Of a stretch of DNA of 64,000 nucleotides, positions 26,658 to 37,809 are shown piece by piece. Each line of letters opens with the position of its first letter. Position 1 is the stretch's first letter. The notes beneath the pieces are model-generated. The model did not search any database. It was not told where the DNA came from and saw only the letters and a program-made list of their open reading frames with translations. The DNA is taken from NCBI GenBank assembly GCA_973895155.1, contig OZ316895.1, positions 1,815,094 through 1,879,093 on the forward strand, given 5' to 3'. Source of the DNA: Marsupella aquatica. Taxonomy: Eukaryota; Plantae; Marchantiophyta. A program made the position numbers and the translations under genes.

Positions 26658-28403
26658 ATGGTTCCCACAGTTGCTTCATCTCCATACTCTTTGGGGTGTG
26701 GGGGTTCTGCCACGAGCGGCTTTGTCGGTGCTGCGATTGTAGAACGAGGGAGGAGATCGAGGTCTAGATCGTGCTGCACAGGAGCTTCTTGTTCAGTGAG
26801 CAGCGATCCCGCGCGGGTTTGTATGTCGGATACAGCTTCTCTGAGAACCAGCAATCTAGTGTCGTCTTTGGATTTGGCTCCATCGAGATGTAGAAATTTC
26901 GAGTCGGTGAGGGTGAGATCGGAGAAAAGAATTGACAGGTCAGTGTCGTGCGGGTTGGGACGTGGTAGATCCCTCAGTGTATCATTCCGGAACGACCTCC
27001 TGCGATATGCTAAGCAAAGGCTGGGTGCCTCTTCCTCATCGGCAAGAAGTATGAGCGACGAATTAGGAACGAGAGAGGAGTTGCAGCGGAGGACAGATGT
27101 GGCATATAAGATGGCGGAAGACGATGAATTGTTGTTTCCACTAATAGACACTGAACGGGCTGAGCATGCGAAGGAGTGGGCACACCAACCTCGGCGAATC
27201 GCTCTGTTCGTTGAACCTTCGCCTTTCGCCTACATATGTGGATATAAAAATCGGTTTCAAAATTTTATTAGATACCTGCGGGAGATGGGGGACGAGGTAT
27301 TGATCGTTACCACAGATAAGGGCGTGCCTTCGGAATTTTATGGTGCTAAGGTGATCGGGTCATGGAGCTTTCCTTGTCCGTGGTACGAAAATTTGTTTCT
27401 ATCTTTGGCGTTGAGCCCTCGCATATATCGTGAGGTTGCTGCGTTCAAGCCAGACATCATTCATGCTTCGTCACCAGGAATTATGGTTTTCGGGGCTCTC
27501 ATAATCGCTAAGCTGCTCAGTGCTCCTATTGTGATGTCCTACCATACTCACGTTCCAATGTACATCCCTAAATATACATTCAGTTGGTTGGTCACTCCAA
27601 TGTGGTGGGTCATTCGCTTGCTGCACAGAGCAGCGGATTGGACTTTAGTTGTGTCGCAGGTTTTGGGTAAGGAGCTAAAGAATAAAGGCGCTGCAGCTGC
27701 CGACAGAATTGGAGTTTGGAGTAAGGGAGTGGACTCCGAGAGCTTTCATCCCCGTTTTAAAAGTTATGAAAAGCGATTCGAGCTCACGAAAGGGCATCCC
27801 GAAACTCCTCTTATAGTCCATGTTGGTCGATTGGGGGCAGAGAAGAACCTGGATTTCCTGAAGAAAGTCATGGAGCAGATTCCCGAAGCACACCTTGCTT
27901 TCGTCGGTGACGGGCCTTACAGGAAGGACCTCGAAAAAATGTTCGAAGGCACCAAGGTCACATTCACCGGCATGCTGTCCGGGGAGGAGCTTTCTCAGGC
28001 GTATGCCAGTGGCGATATTTTCATTACTCCGTCCGAAACTGAGACTTTGGGATTCGTTGTTCTAGAAGCCATGGCATCTGGCGTTCCAGTGGTAGCCGCA
28101 AGAGCCGGAGGAATCATTGACATTGTTAATAAGGAAGGGGAAACTGGCTTCCTGTACACTCCAGGTGACTTGGACGACTGTGTCTCCAAGCTCAAGGCGT
28201 TGCTTGCGTCGTCTGAATTGAGGGGAAGGATAGCCAGGGCAGCGCGCGAAGAAGTAGAGAACTTCGACTGGAAAGCTAGCACTAGGCAGGTTCGCAATGA
28301 AATGTACACGTCTGCTGTCTGGTTCTGGCGGAGGGGAAGGGCAAACAGGTTTTCGTGGTTCTCCAGGCATGACCAGCAGCAGCCTGCTCTTGCCTCTCCC
28401 TAA
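26658..28403 (+). CDS. SQD2: Sulfoquinovosyltransferase (sulfolipid synthase, GT4 family), single coding exon, Ser/Arg-rich transit-peptide-like N-terminus
   Basis: Uninterrupted ORF with PRRIALFVEPSPFAY..GYKNRFQNFIRYLREMGDEV, PDIIHASSPGIMVFGAL, MSYHTHVP, VHVGRLG, PSETETLGFVVLEAMASGVPVVAARAGGI. First ATG at 26658. Confidence 0.95.
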   Translation: MVPTVASSPYSLGCGGSATSGFVGAAIVERGRRSRSRSCCTGASCSVSSDPARVCMSDTASLRTSNLVSSLDLAPSRCRNFESVRVRSEKRIDRSVSCGLGRGRSLSVSFRNDLLRYAKQRLGASSSSARSMSDELGTREELQRRTDVAYKMAEDDELLFPLIDTERAEHAKEWAHQPRRIALFVEPSPFAYICGYKNRFQNFIRYLREMGDEVLIVTTDKGVPSEFYGAKVIGSWSFPCPWYENLFLSLALSPRIYREVAAFKPDIIHASSPGIMVFGALIIAKLLSAPIVMSYHTHVPMYIPKYTFSWLVTPMWWVIRLLHRAADWTLVVSQVLGKELKNKGAAAADRIGVWSKGVDSESFHPRFKSYEKRFELTKGHPETPLIVHVGRLGAEKNLDFLKKVMEQIPEAHLAFVGDGPYRKDLEKMFEGTKVTFTGMLSGEELSQAYASGDIFITPSETETLGFVVLEAMASGVPVVAARAGGIIDIVNKEGETGFLYTPGDLDDCVSKLKALLASSELRGRIARAAREEVENFDWKASTRQVRNEMYTSAVWFWRRGRANRFSWFSRHDQQQPALASP

Positions 28404-29348
28404 AGGGTGTAGTAGTAAATTGTTTAGTAGCAGCATTGGATGATAGTCTTTGTGATAACGATTTTGCTTTCGGAATTTGTACCAAAACGAGTCTCTTATG
28501 TAAATTACAAAAAAAAGAGTCCGCATGATCAGCAACCAGACATTGTATCGTCGGTCTCGTCCACAGCCTCTTTCGATCTTGGCCGCGCACGAATTAGTGT
28601 AGCACTTTTGCATAGTGCATTAATCCTGTAGCAATGCTTATTTTGTAGCAATCGTATACAGTAACGATACCGCGCAAGGTGTTCCCCGCCCTAACGTGGG
28701 ATTTCAGCGGGAGCGTTCCTAACTGACGGAGTTTTCCAATTCCAATCGAGGAATTTCAGGTCGTCTTCGTTTTATTCATTGGCTAGGACTGTCAATTGTT
28801 CTCCTCCTTGCTCTGTATTGTAATTTCCTCCCAGGTTGTGGAAATATACGTTCCGCTCGTCTGAAAATTACGGGTGAACACACTGCAAATCCACTTGCCA
28901 CAGACGACACAAGGAACTGGATTTCTGTGTCTTACTCCAAGTGGTCTCCAGTGTGGATTGCGAAGTTTATTTTAGCAATTGTGAGAAGTTTAACCTAGGT
29001 TCCTGCCGAATTAATCTATTTTCTCCATCTCGATTGCGCCCCGAGCCCGAGCCGTTGGAAGAAGTTGGACCGGTTCACGCGGTCCCCGGGTCTGATCCCC
29101 GTTTTGTGGGCTTACCACATTGTATACTGTTTCTTATGAAGAAAGGAAATGGAACGACTCATCTATTGTAGGCATTCGTTCGACCACGTGGACCGTACCC
29201 AAAAAAGCCTTCTGGTTCGACTGTTACAAGGAGATTCCAAGCGAATTCTTATCCAGACTTGCATTCTACACAAAGTTAGCTGCAAGTTCACTGCTGTGAT
29301 AGATTCGACACAAAAGTCTTATCGAGGCATGAATAAAATTTTGTCAAA

Positions 29349-29649
29349 TATACCTACAAGTTCAAATGTAGCTAAAAGAGTCGAAACAAAATTCAGTTCG
29401 AGGCATGAATTGCAGCTGAAGCCCGGTAGTCACTCAGCCAGAGCAATGTTGTCAGAAGGATGACAGCACAAAGTTTGAAAGATCCTGTAACTAGAAGCAT
29501 ACCTACAAGTTCAAATGTAGCTCAAAGAATCGAAACAAAAAATTCGGTTCGAGTCATGAATTGCAGCTGAAGTCCTGTAGTCACTCAGCCAGAGCAATGT
29601 TGTTTGAAGGATGACAACACAAAGTTTGAAAGATCCTGTAATCAGAAGC
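29349..29649. repeat. Two tandem copies of a ~150 bp unit
   Basis: ATACCTACAAGTTCAAATGTAGCT..GAAAGATCCTGTAA..AGAAGC at 29349-29498 and 29499-29649. Confidence 0.9.
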
Positions 29650-30334
29650 AGAACACACAAGCTGCATTAGAAGCAGAACACAAGCTTCATGCAGGCAGTT
29701 ATTGCATAGCTACCTCAAGGTCATTTTTGACCTCTTCCATGGTCGACAAGCAATCCAATTTGAATGATGATGAGACAGAATACAAGTTCGTGCAGAAGGG
29801 TTTAGTAATGCAACTCTGCGTATCTTCAGATCGACGTCTACCAATTCGCATAAGGCCCCGCCATTTCTATACCATATCAAGAAAGCACAACCAAGAGTCT
29901 TCGTTCGCCAAATAGGTCGTCTTTGAAGTGCACGCAATTCGCATAAAGATCTCAGGCACCCGAGCGCATATTTTTACCACTTATGTCTCATTAGCGTCAT
30001 TGGCAAGGAATGCTCACAGCTTCTCTTGTCTTCACGGAGATAAACATACTTCGAACATAGTGGTTTCCAAGCTACAAGTGTATACAACATGTTCTTGAAG
30101 CTCATAAATTGATCAGTCTCGACTGACAGTTGAAGGTTACCTGTCAATGCCCCGCGCAAAGTCACCGTAACCATTTGCGACCTCAAACGTGTCGTCAATG
30201 CGATTCGGGGATACCTCCCCACCGCAACAAGCGAAGGAGATTGATGTCCAATTTCAGAAAATATGAAGATCGATTCTCCAATCGAACTAGTGCAGTTGAG
30301 GATCTCTCCTTCTGTTGCAAGGATCCTGTTGTAC

Positions 30335-30440
30335 CAGTGACTCTTTTAGTGGTACCTTATGTTACTTTACTCTCATCTGACTAGAAAGCGCAGTGACTCT
30401 TTTAGTGCTACCGTGTGTTACTTTACTCTCATCTTACTAG
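30335..30440. repeat. Two copies of a 50 bp unit
   Basis: CAGTGACTCTTTTAGTG..GTTACTTTACTCTCATCT.ACTAG at 30335 and 30391. Confidence 0.85.
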
Positions 30441-30999
30441 TAAATAGCCAACTGCAGCCTATTCTTCACTACCTAGAGTCTAGACCCTAACCCTTAATAC
30501 ACACAAAATTGATCATGAGTCTCAATTTAAAAAAACATTTAATGAGAATAGGCAAAAATGACATTGATTTCAAATAAAGACAAAACTGAAATGAGAGTGG
30601 ACAAAATACAAAGATGGGGCAAAGATTAACTCAAACAGCATAGAAATTTTATTATGCAAGATTGTTTTTCTTCATATCTATTTACCAGCAAGGAACTGGT
30701 AATTGGGCTAGTGAAAAAGTGAGTGGATGGGATTATGTTCTGAGTGGACCAGAGCTGTTAGTACCAGGCCTGGGCTATTTCCCTTTTTATGTTGTCTCCC
30801 CTTGATTGGGCCATTGGCCTTTGGGATCATGTCTCCTGGCCTGGTTACAAGCCTTTTGTTTTTGGCAATTTGATATGAGTGACTCAATTTATGGTATTCA
30901 TGGGTGTCTGTGAGGAATTAATGCAAGGCCATGCATCTATTAGAGAAGATTTTCACATCCAATGCAAGTACTTAGAGCACCCCACTGGTGGCCTCTATA

Positions 31000-31340
31000 T
31001 ATTGAGCAAAGATGACATAGACAACGACAAGTCTATGAACATCCAACACACAAGTAGTCGACATGAAGAAATATGTGGTTCATCTTAGCTGAGGCTATGT
31101 CCACAGGAACACGCCAGAGCTTTACTCCACTCTAGGCGTCGGCCATACCGAGTCTCTACAATACAAGATCTCTCTATCTCTCAACTGGTTCCATAACAAT
31201 GAGTCTGAGTTTCTCTTATCCAAGCAAACACCACTTGGGATATAGTCTGCAACCTAGTTAACCTAACCTAGTCTACGACTAATGTTAGACCTAACTAAAG
31301 TTACTGTCATAACCCTACACCTAAGAGTAAATGTCTGACA
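31000..31340 (-). mobile_element. Solo LTR of the Copia family seen at 52196-58884
   Basis: Collinear with LTR 52196-52540 along its length (GAGCAAAGA..GTGGTTCA..GAGCTTTACT..CCAAGCAAACACC..CCTAAGAGTAAAT..ACA). Flanks CTATA / ATATA resemble a 5 bp TSD with one mismatch. Confidence 0.85.
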
Positions 31341-31648
31341 ATATACGTATATAGTAATGTCTTGTCGGGCTATGATGAGCCAAACAATAGGGGGCTTCAG
31401 CTCAAGTTTGAGGGACTATTAGTGTTTGTAAGTCACTAGTAACATGGAGTTAGTACACTAACTCACGAGATTTTTACTTTTACTACTCTTAGTAAGAGTA
31501 AACAAGAGGTTTCACAACTTCCAACTGTCCAAACGTGAGCTAGCATTCCCTGCAATCCACTGAACCCTAAACAAATTAATATGGTTGCATTAAACCTGAA
31601 CTTAGTTTGGAATTCACAAATAAATCATGGTTTGAGTTGTGAACTTAC

Positions 31649-32480
31649 CAGCATCCAGGTAAATTATCTTTCTGTTGTGGTCGCAAACGACTTGTGCATT
31701 GATGTTGTGTGAGACTTCCTGTCATAATAACACTCACCGTGATCCTTAGGACGCTGCGTCAGTGGCATTCTGGTACCATCAATCAAACACACACCCTTGA
31801 AATCCTTTCTTAGCAAATTCTGTAGAAATGCTCATTCGTTCCTCCCTTCCAGGCCAACTAATGATATCACCAAGGGTGGATTCAAGTGCAGTAATGACCC
31901 TGCTGGTATAGTTAACACAGGAGCCATTGCTAATGCCCCACATCAACAAAGTTCGTTTGAGGCACACTCCATTCCCATTATGGCCTAACCTGTCTAAACA
32001 GGTGGCCAATTGCAAACATACAGGAGCTTGCTCATGGAAAGAGTTGTTAGAAAACACAGGATGCATTTCAATCAATCCATGTAGATTCCAAAAGGCATCC
32101 CTGTCCATCCGAAGCATCTGCCTAAACAAGTCAGGAGGACAAAGGTATCTGAAAAAATCTGCTTGAAATTCCTTGGACTGCACTCGCTTGCTACGCTTAC
32201 TTAAATATCTTTCAATGTCTAGAAGGGCATTTAATTCCAGCCATTCTGTTGGAGTGGAATCCACATCAAGTGGATCGGTCAAAGCTCCTCTCTCAGAATC
32301 ATTGGAAGAGTCCAACTCCAAATTGGTATCCTTTGTTAAGAATCCACTACTTATAGAAGACATGTTATCATCAGAAACTGACATGCCATCACTGTCACTA
32401 TCCGATTGCACTAGAATACTCAAATGGAGTTGTTGTTTGACCCAATTCAAACAATTTTGCCGATTGGAAACTTTTGGCAT
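31649..32480 (-). pseudogene. PIF/Harbinger (HARBI1-like DDE) transposase fragment
   Basis: FRQMLRMDRDAFWNL, HPVFSNNS..QAPVCLQLATCLDRLGHNGNG, ISWPGREER, GFQGCV. After frameshifts: LIDGTRMPL..YYDRKS..NINAQVVCDHNRKIIY. Ends at a GT donor near 31648; downstream catalytic exons not recognised. Confidence 0.85.
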
Positions 32481-32619
32481 TGTGGACTCAAAGCACCGAA
32501 TTCAGCTGAGTTTGAATAGAGGCTGCTGCTCCTGCTCCAGCTGCTTCGTCTGCTCCTGCTCCTACTCCAGCTGCTTGATCAGTGCTTGTTAGTAGATAGG
32601 AACTTACTTGAAATCACCC

Positions 32620-33849
32620 TTCACTGCTAGGAAACTAATCTCTCCTTCGTAAAATCCAGGAGGCTGAGAGGTAGGCACATCCACTGAGAGCCAAAGCCCA
32701 AGCGTCTCCCTGTGACACAACAAAGAATTCTAAAGTAAATCTAGCCAGGCCACATAAATTCATAGCACGACAGGGCATTGACTGGGAGTCGCGGGAGTCG
32801 ATAAAGTGCTTTTTCTCTCAGAGAATAAAGAGAAAGTCCCCGGCCTGAATTTCTTGCGATTGTCAAAAATCCAAAGGACTACTAGAGTCTCTGACTACCA
32901 GAGTCTCTATTGAACGGGAGCGAACTCTGGCATCATAAGTTACTCGGCTTTCGATTGCTTGGCGCCACGCAGTGTTCAGTGAGCATTTTGTAAGAATGCT
33001 GGCCAATTTCGTCTTCAAACGAGATCGAGAGTCTTGTAGGAACAAAGAAGAGCATAATATGGCAGAAGATATGTCCAGGCACAAAATTTCCTAGCCCAGG
33101 CACGTTGACATGAAAGCGAAAGTGACTATAAGCTTGGATACGTTACTGGTCTCTTTTGAAAGGGCCTCGACTTCTTCTGTTGCTCGATTGAATGCTATCG
33201 CGAATTGACAGGAATAGATTAATTCTAAGAAGTCTTCATCGAGAACTCATCAAGAAATGGATTTGTTAGATTGCAAGCTGAAACTGCAGCGAGTACGTAG
33301 GTTCGTCTTCAGCTTTTCTAGAGTGACAGTTTCCCAGGTTCTCCAGTTGAATCCGGTGAACATGCACTCAAAGGTCTTACAGTTTGCATGGCCTTCAAAA
33401 TCTTTCACAACTGGATTGATTAGACTATTCTGTCTGTCCAAGAATCAATGCTTCGTAAACCTGTAAACTATCTACTTTTCATTTTAAACAGTGTAGGAAT
33501 CTCAGTGCATCACACTCTTTAGATCACTTAAGAGACGAACCTCACCCATGAACTAGAAGTTTTCTGTGCAGTTCATAACCGTCAAACTCCTGATGGATTT
33601 GAGCGCCCGGTGTGCACCAACGGCCGAATTGAAGGAACGTGTCTTCAGAACTAGCGCCAATTCGAATTGGCAGGCACCAATGCCTGCAATCATATTCACT
33701 GCGATTGTTTTATAAAGACCAGAGTAAGCAATATTTGAAAGTTGTGAGGTATCATCAAAGACCGAGCACAAAGTCTTGCTGAGCAAATCATTCCAAAATG
33801 AGTACCTATCTTCCATCTTATGTGGCTGCAACTCACTCATGCCCACCAT
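32620..33849 (-). pseudogene. Decayed ORF of unknown function
   Basis: One reading frame runs from ~33445 to ~32620 with scattered TGA/TAG stops, joining listed ORFs 33250-33441 and 32863-33084. Upstream ORF 33553-33849 is separated by an intron-like segment. Confidence 0.4.
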
Positions 33850-33971
33850 GTCAACTCGAGTTCACTCTTGGCTGGCAATCATAGCCTACTGCAACTATTT
33901 CTTGTTCCATGAGTGATCCATGAGCGACGTTCAACAAAAGCAGCGTTTGGCATTCGATGGAGCAGCTTGCA

Positions 33972-34161
33972 CACACGGTGTGCTCGAGGTTGCCCTAGGA
34001 CCATCAGGCTCGGGAGAGGAGAGGCAAGAGTGGGGAGGGAGGATGGGCAGGTCGCGACCGGGAGCCACACGGTGTGCTCAAGGTTGCCCTAGGACCATCG
34101 GGCCCAGGAGGGGAGAGGCAGGAGCCAGGAGGGAGGATGGGCAGGTCGCGACCGGGTGCCA
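33972..34161. repeat. Two tandem copies of a ~94 bp GC/purine-rich unit
   Basis: CACACGGTGTGCTC.AGGTTGCCCTAGGACCATC..GGGAGGATGGGCAGGTCGCGACCGGG at 33972 and 34066. Confidence 0.9.
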
Positions 34162-34317
34162 AACGGTCATGGGACAACGTTGGCTCCTGGGCCAGATGTA
34201 TGACGACCAGGGTTTCAGACGCCCGCACCCTTTTGGCGGAAGTCCATTTTGGGTCAAAACTGGGCAGCCCGTATGGGCACGCGGGCGAATAATTCAGACC
34301 CCCTATTGGGTCCTCCA

Positions 34318-35613
34318 TGTTGAGCATAGACGACATTCGTAACAGCAAGCCCATGAATCATCCAACGCACAATAGTCGACACAGAGAGATACGTGGTTCA
34401 CCTCCACATGAGGCTACGTCCACGGGAACACACAAGAGCTTTACTGCACTCTAGGCCGACCGGCCATACCAAACATCCACAGCACAAGCTCTCCCTATCT
34501 CTACGTGTGTATACACAATGAAAAAATTGACCCTTTAAACCCCCTTAAAACGCCAAAAAAATACTCCCCCGGGAAAAGTGAAGAAAAGACTCACCTAATT
34601 GCCGCCGTTTTAAGTGAGGAAAAAAACGCCGCCGACGGGAAATGTTTCCAAATTTCACCGGCATAGTCTGCAGCTCCAGCAGAGTAAACAATTTCTGCCG
34701 CGTCGCCTTCACTCCGCATCAAGTGCCAATCCTGGGCTCAAAACGACCGCCTCGCCGCGATCAAACCGTTGAGCCGTAGCACTTCGCATTTCTTCCACCG
34801 AGTAGGATGTCACAAAGAGAAACCCGGTTCAGATGAGAACAAGCTCCATAGCTTGTGAAAAAACCTAAACGCGTCCTTCACTCGTCATGACGCACTCGGT
34901 AACAACTCGGCAACAATCCAGCTACCAAAACGACCAGCTCGCATAAACCTTCAACTTGAGCTATAATGTGAAATCCCTCCCGCACTGCACAGTTCACACC
35001 ATTGAAAAACGTGAACTCTGGTCTCTCCCCCGAAATACCGTCGAACATGAATAAACCCTGAACGACGCGAACTTCAATTCCTCCGCACCACGGATACCGA
35101 TCAACAAGTTCTAACCAACATTAGAATGCCCTCTCACTAACCTATCTGCATAGCCACACACATTCAAGTTTCATGCGATGAAACTCCAAATGTGCCACCG
35201 ATAATGAACGCTGGAAAAAACCTGTCACAAAAAAACCTCGTCACCTCCCAGGCATGCTCTGATACCACTTGTTGAGCATAGACGACATTCGTAACAGCAA
35301 GCCCATGAACCATCCAACGCACAATAGTCGACACAGAGAGATACGTGGTTCACCTCCACATGAGGCTACATCCACGGGAACACACAAGAGCTTTACTGCA
35401 CTCTAGGCCGACCGGCCATACCATGCATCCACAACAAAAGCTCTCCCTATCTCTCAACTAGCTCCATAAAAATGAGCCTAAGTTCCACCAGGGTCTGGCA
35501 TCAGCCCTAGCTATATGCACAACAGCAGTACCGCTAACATTAGCTAAGTCCTAACCCGAGTTAGCCTAACTGTAGTTAGCTCATGAGTCACAAGACTAGA
35601 GCAATATCTAACA
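34318..35613 (-). mobile_element. Internally deleted Ty1/Copia LTR element (full 5' LTR, PBS, part of 5' UTR, half of 3' LTR)
   Basis: TG..CA termini with perfect TSD CTCCA (34313-34317, 35614-35618). Full LTR 35270-35613, partial LTR 34318-34502, tRNA-Met PBS TGGTATCAGAGC on minus strand at 35256-35267. Segment 34503-35269 is homologous to 57770-58539. Confidence 0.93.
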
Positions 35614-36223
35614 CTCCAAGGAGGAGACCGCAAGGCAGCAGCCGGGGCGCCTGCCGGCAGCCGATTGAGGAAACCGGGGGGGCTTATGGAGGTTTCCGAG
35701 AGAGAGAGGTACGAGGGGGAGTAAATGCTCCCTGACCCTAGGGGTAGGTACTGGGTACAGAAAGGGCACGAGGTGGCAGCCGTGGACCGGGGCACGAGTG
35801 AGGTACAGCCGGGAGGCATCAGTCCGAGGCGCAACATACTGAATAAAGGGGGACAGGTGGCGCCCGGAGGGCAGCCGCGAGCTAAGAAGGGCCGGCCTTA
35901 AGTTGTAAGGGAGGGGTTTTCTCCCCCTTCGTTTATTTTTCTGTTTTTTCTTCTTCTCGTCTTTCTCCGCCGCGCGCGACTCATTCCATTGCCAAAAGCA
36001 AACTTTGAGTTCTCACATCCCATGGCCGAAAGCTCGTGAGTGTCTCCCCAACTTTCTCAAGTGCCCCCTTGGTGCTTGGCTTGGAGAGCTATGAAGTTGA
36101 ATTGAGACCTCGTGATGGTAGCGCCGGCAGCATCATTGAGTGACTTCTGGGAGATTGAGGGGGGTTCTTGATCGTGATACGGGGGCCGTTTGGGCCAGGA
36201 TTTGAATGTGGTGACGGGATTTT

Positions 36224-37809
36224 GTGATTGGGTATTTTTTTGGAGCATGGATGCTTGATCAGCTTGAGTTCAGCGCGACTCGCATTCGTAGATACAAGGC
36301 CGCTTACCGTGAGTACATTGCGACATTGATTGAGAGGGAAAGAGAAGAAAGAAAGGCAGCAATGAGCACTGGACCAGCAGCAAGCCCCGCACCAGACATG
36401 AGGAAAGTTTTCCGTCAAATTTATCCCAAGACCTCTGCCAAGGTGATGGAAGATTGCAAGGCCATGTTCCAAGCCACCGGGCTCACCGACTTCATGAGAG
36501 TAGAGATTAGAATCCCTCCAGGGAAGAGTTGGGACCTGGAGGCTGGAATGGAAGTGCGCATGGAAGGGATTTATTTTACGTGTATTTAGCGGTTGGTGCC
36601 TCATGCCGAATTGGCTAAGCTTTTGTTTTTGGAGAACCAACAGTTCTCCTTCACCCCCCAAAATATAATCGGGAATCTTACGTTGACAATGGTAGCCTAT
36701 TGGGTGAACAATCCCACCTCCACCACGGCCATTCATCTCTCGGCCGTCAAGGATGCAACACACAAGGGATTTCTGGCCAAGGTTCATCAACAGGTCCTCG
36801 GTAATGTGCAATCTGGGGTAGTGAATGGGGAGCATTTCATAATTGCTTTGGATATTCGGAAATATCCAGCCCATGCTTACGGATGGTGGTATTTTGGATT
36901 GACAAAGCTATTGGCCGCTGAGCCCAAGAGTCTAAAATGGGGGGAGCTTTGCATTTGATGGGGTCATTTTTGTTGGCCAGGGCAGAAGGATTGATTGCCT
37001 CCCCGGGACCCGAAGAAGCTGGGTCATCCCTTACCATGGAAATCCGGAGCATTGTCACTACCATCTTGGGGAAACTCACAGAGTTGCAGTAGTGTCAGCA
37101 GGAACGGGAGACAGCCAAGTTGAGGAAGACATCCAGGATGAGGAGTACACGTTGGAGTGGCTGGAATCTCTGGTGGGGAACCCAAAGGAGCCCCTTGCTT
37201 ACGACATTCTAGAGGTCTACTTGGCGGAATTACGGGATTTTTGTGAAGGGGCCCATGAGGGGCTCAAGCTAGCCCACACATTGAGAGATGCGCTCAAGCA
37301 GGCCAACACAACGGTGGAAACATTGCAGCAGGGTGCCACGTCGACGAAGGAGGTGATCAAAGCAAAGGAGGAGGCCATACAAGAGAAGGCCAAGCTTCTC
37401 CAGGCGGCTCAAATAGAGATTTCTCACTTGAGGGGGGCCTTGTCTACCAAGGCCAAAGAAGCGGAGGAACTTGGAGTGCTGAGAGAAGAATTGGCCAAAG
37501 AGAAGCAGAACACGGGAGAAGTGGAGAGGTTAAGAGGCCAAATTGCAGAACTACGAAGTCAGGTGGGGATCTTTGAGACTAGGGCCAAAAGGAGTGATCG
37601 AGGCCTTGAGTTTGGGGAAGCGGAAGAGTCCCTGCCCACCTAGCTCCACGCTTTCCCCTAACCTGGTCTCCAAAGCCATTGAGATGGTGGTGAAGGAAGT
37701 AAGTGAGAAGTACGGTCCCCTACTGGAAGCAGCCAAGAAGAATCAAGAGAAGAATAGGAGCTTGGAGAAGAAGCTCAAGGAGGTACGTAAGTCGTTACGA
37801 GAGGCCTAG
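36224..37809 (+). pseudogene. Decayed TE-associated ORF with C-terminal coiled coil (possible accessory ORF of a Ty3/Gypsy-type element)
   Basis: ORFs 36224-36589 and 36593-36958 are in frame across one TAG. After frameshifts follows an E/K/A-rich heptad region (37092-37809). GC-rich TE-like context, no gag/RT motifs. Family assignment is inference. Confidence 0.45.

Noticed and set aside
26606-28613. Minus-strand ORFs overlapping SQD2 (181, 104 and 183 aa)
   Set aside because: Antisense shadows of a real CDS with no recognisable motifs.
29546-29556. GGTTCGAGTC B-box-like motif suggesting a tRNA or SINE
   Set aside because: No A-box or cloverleaf, and the motif is not conserved in the duplicate unit.
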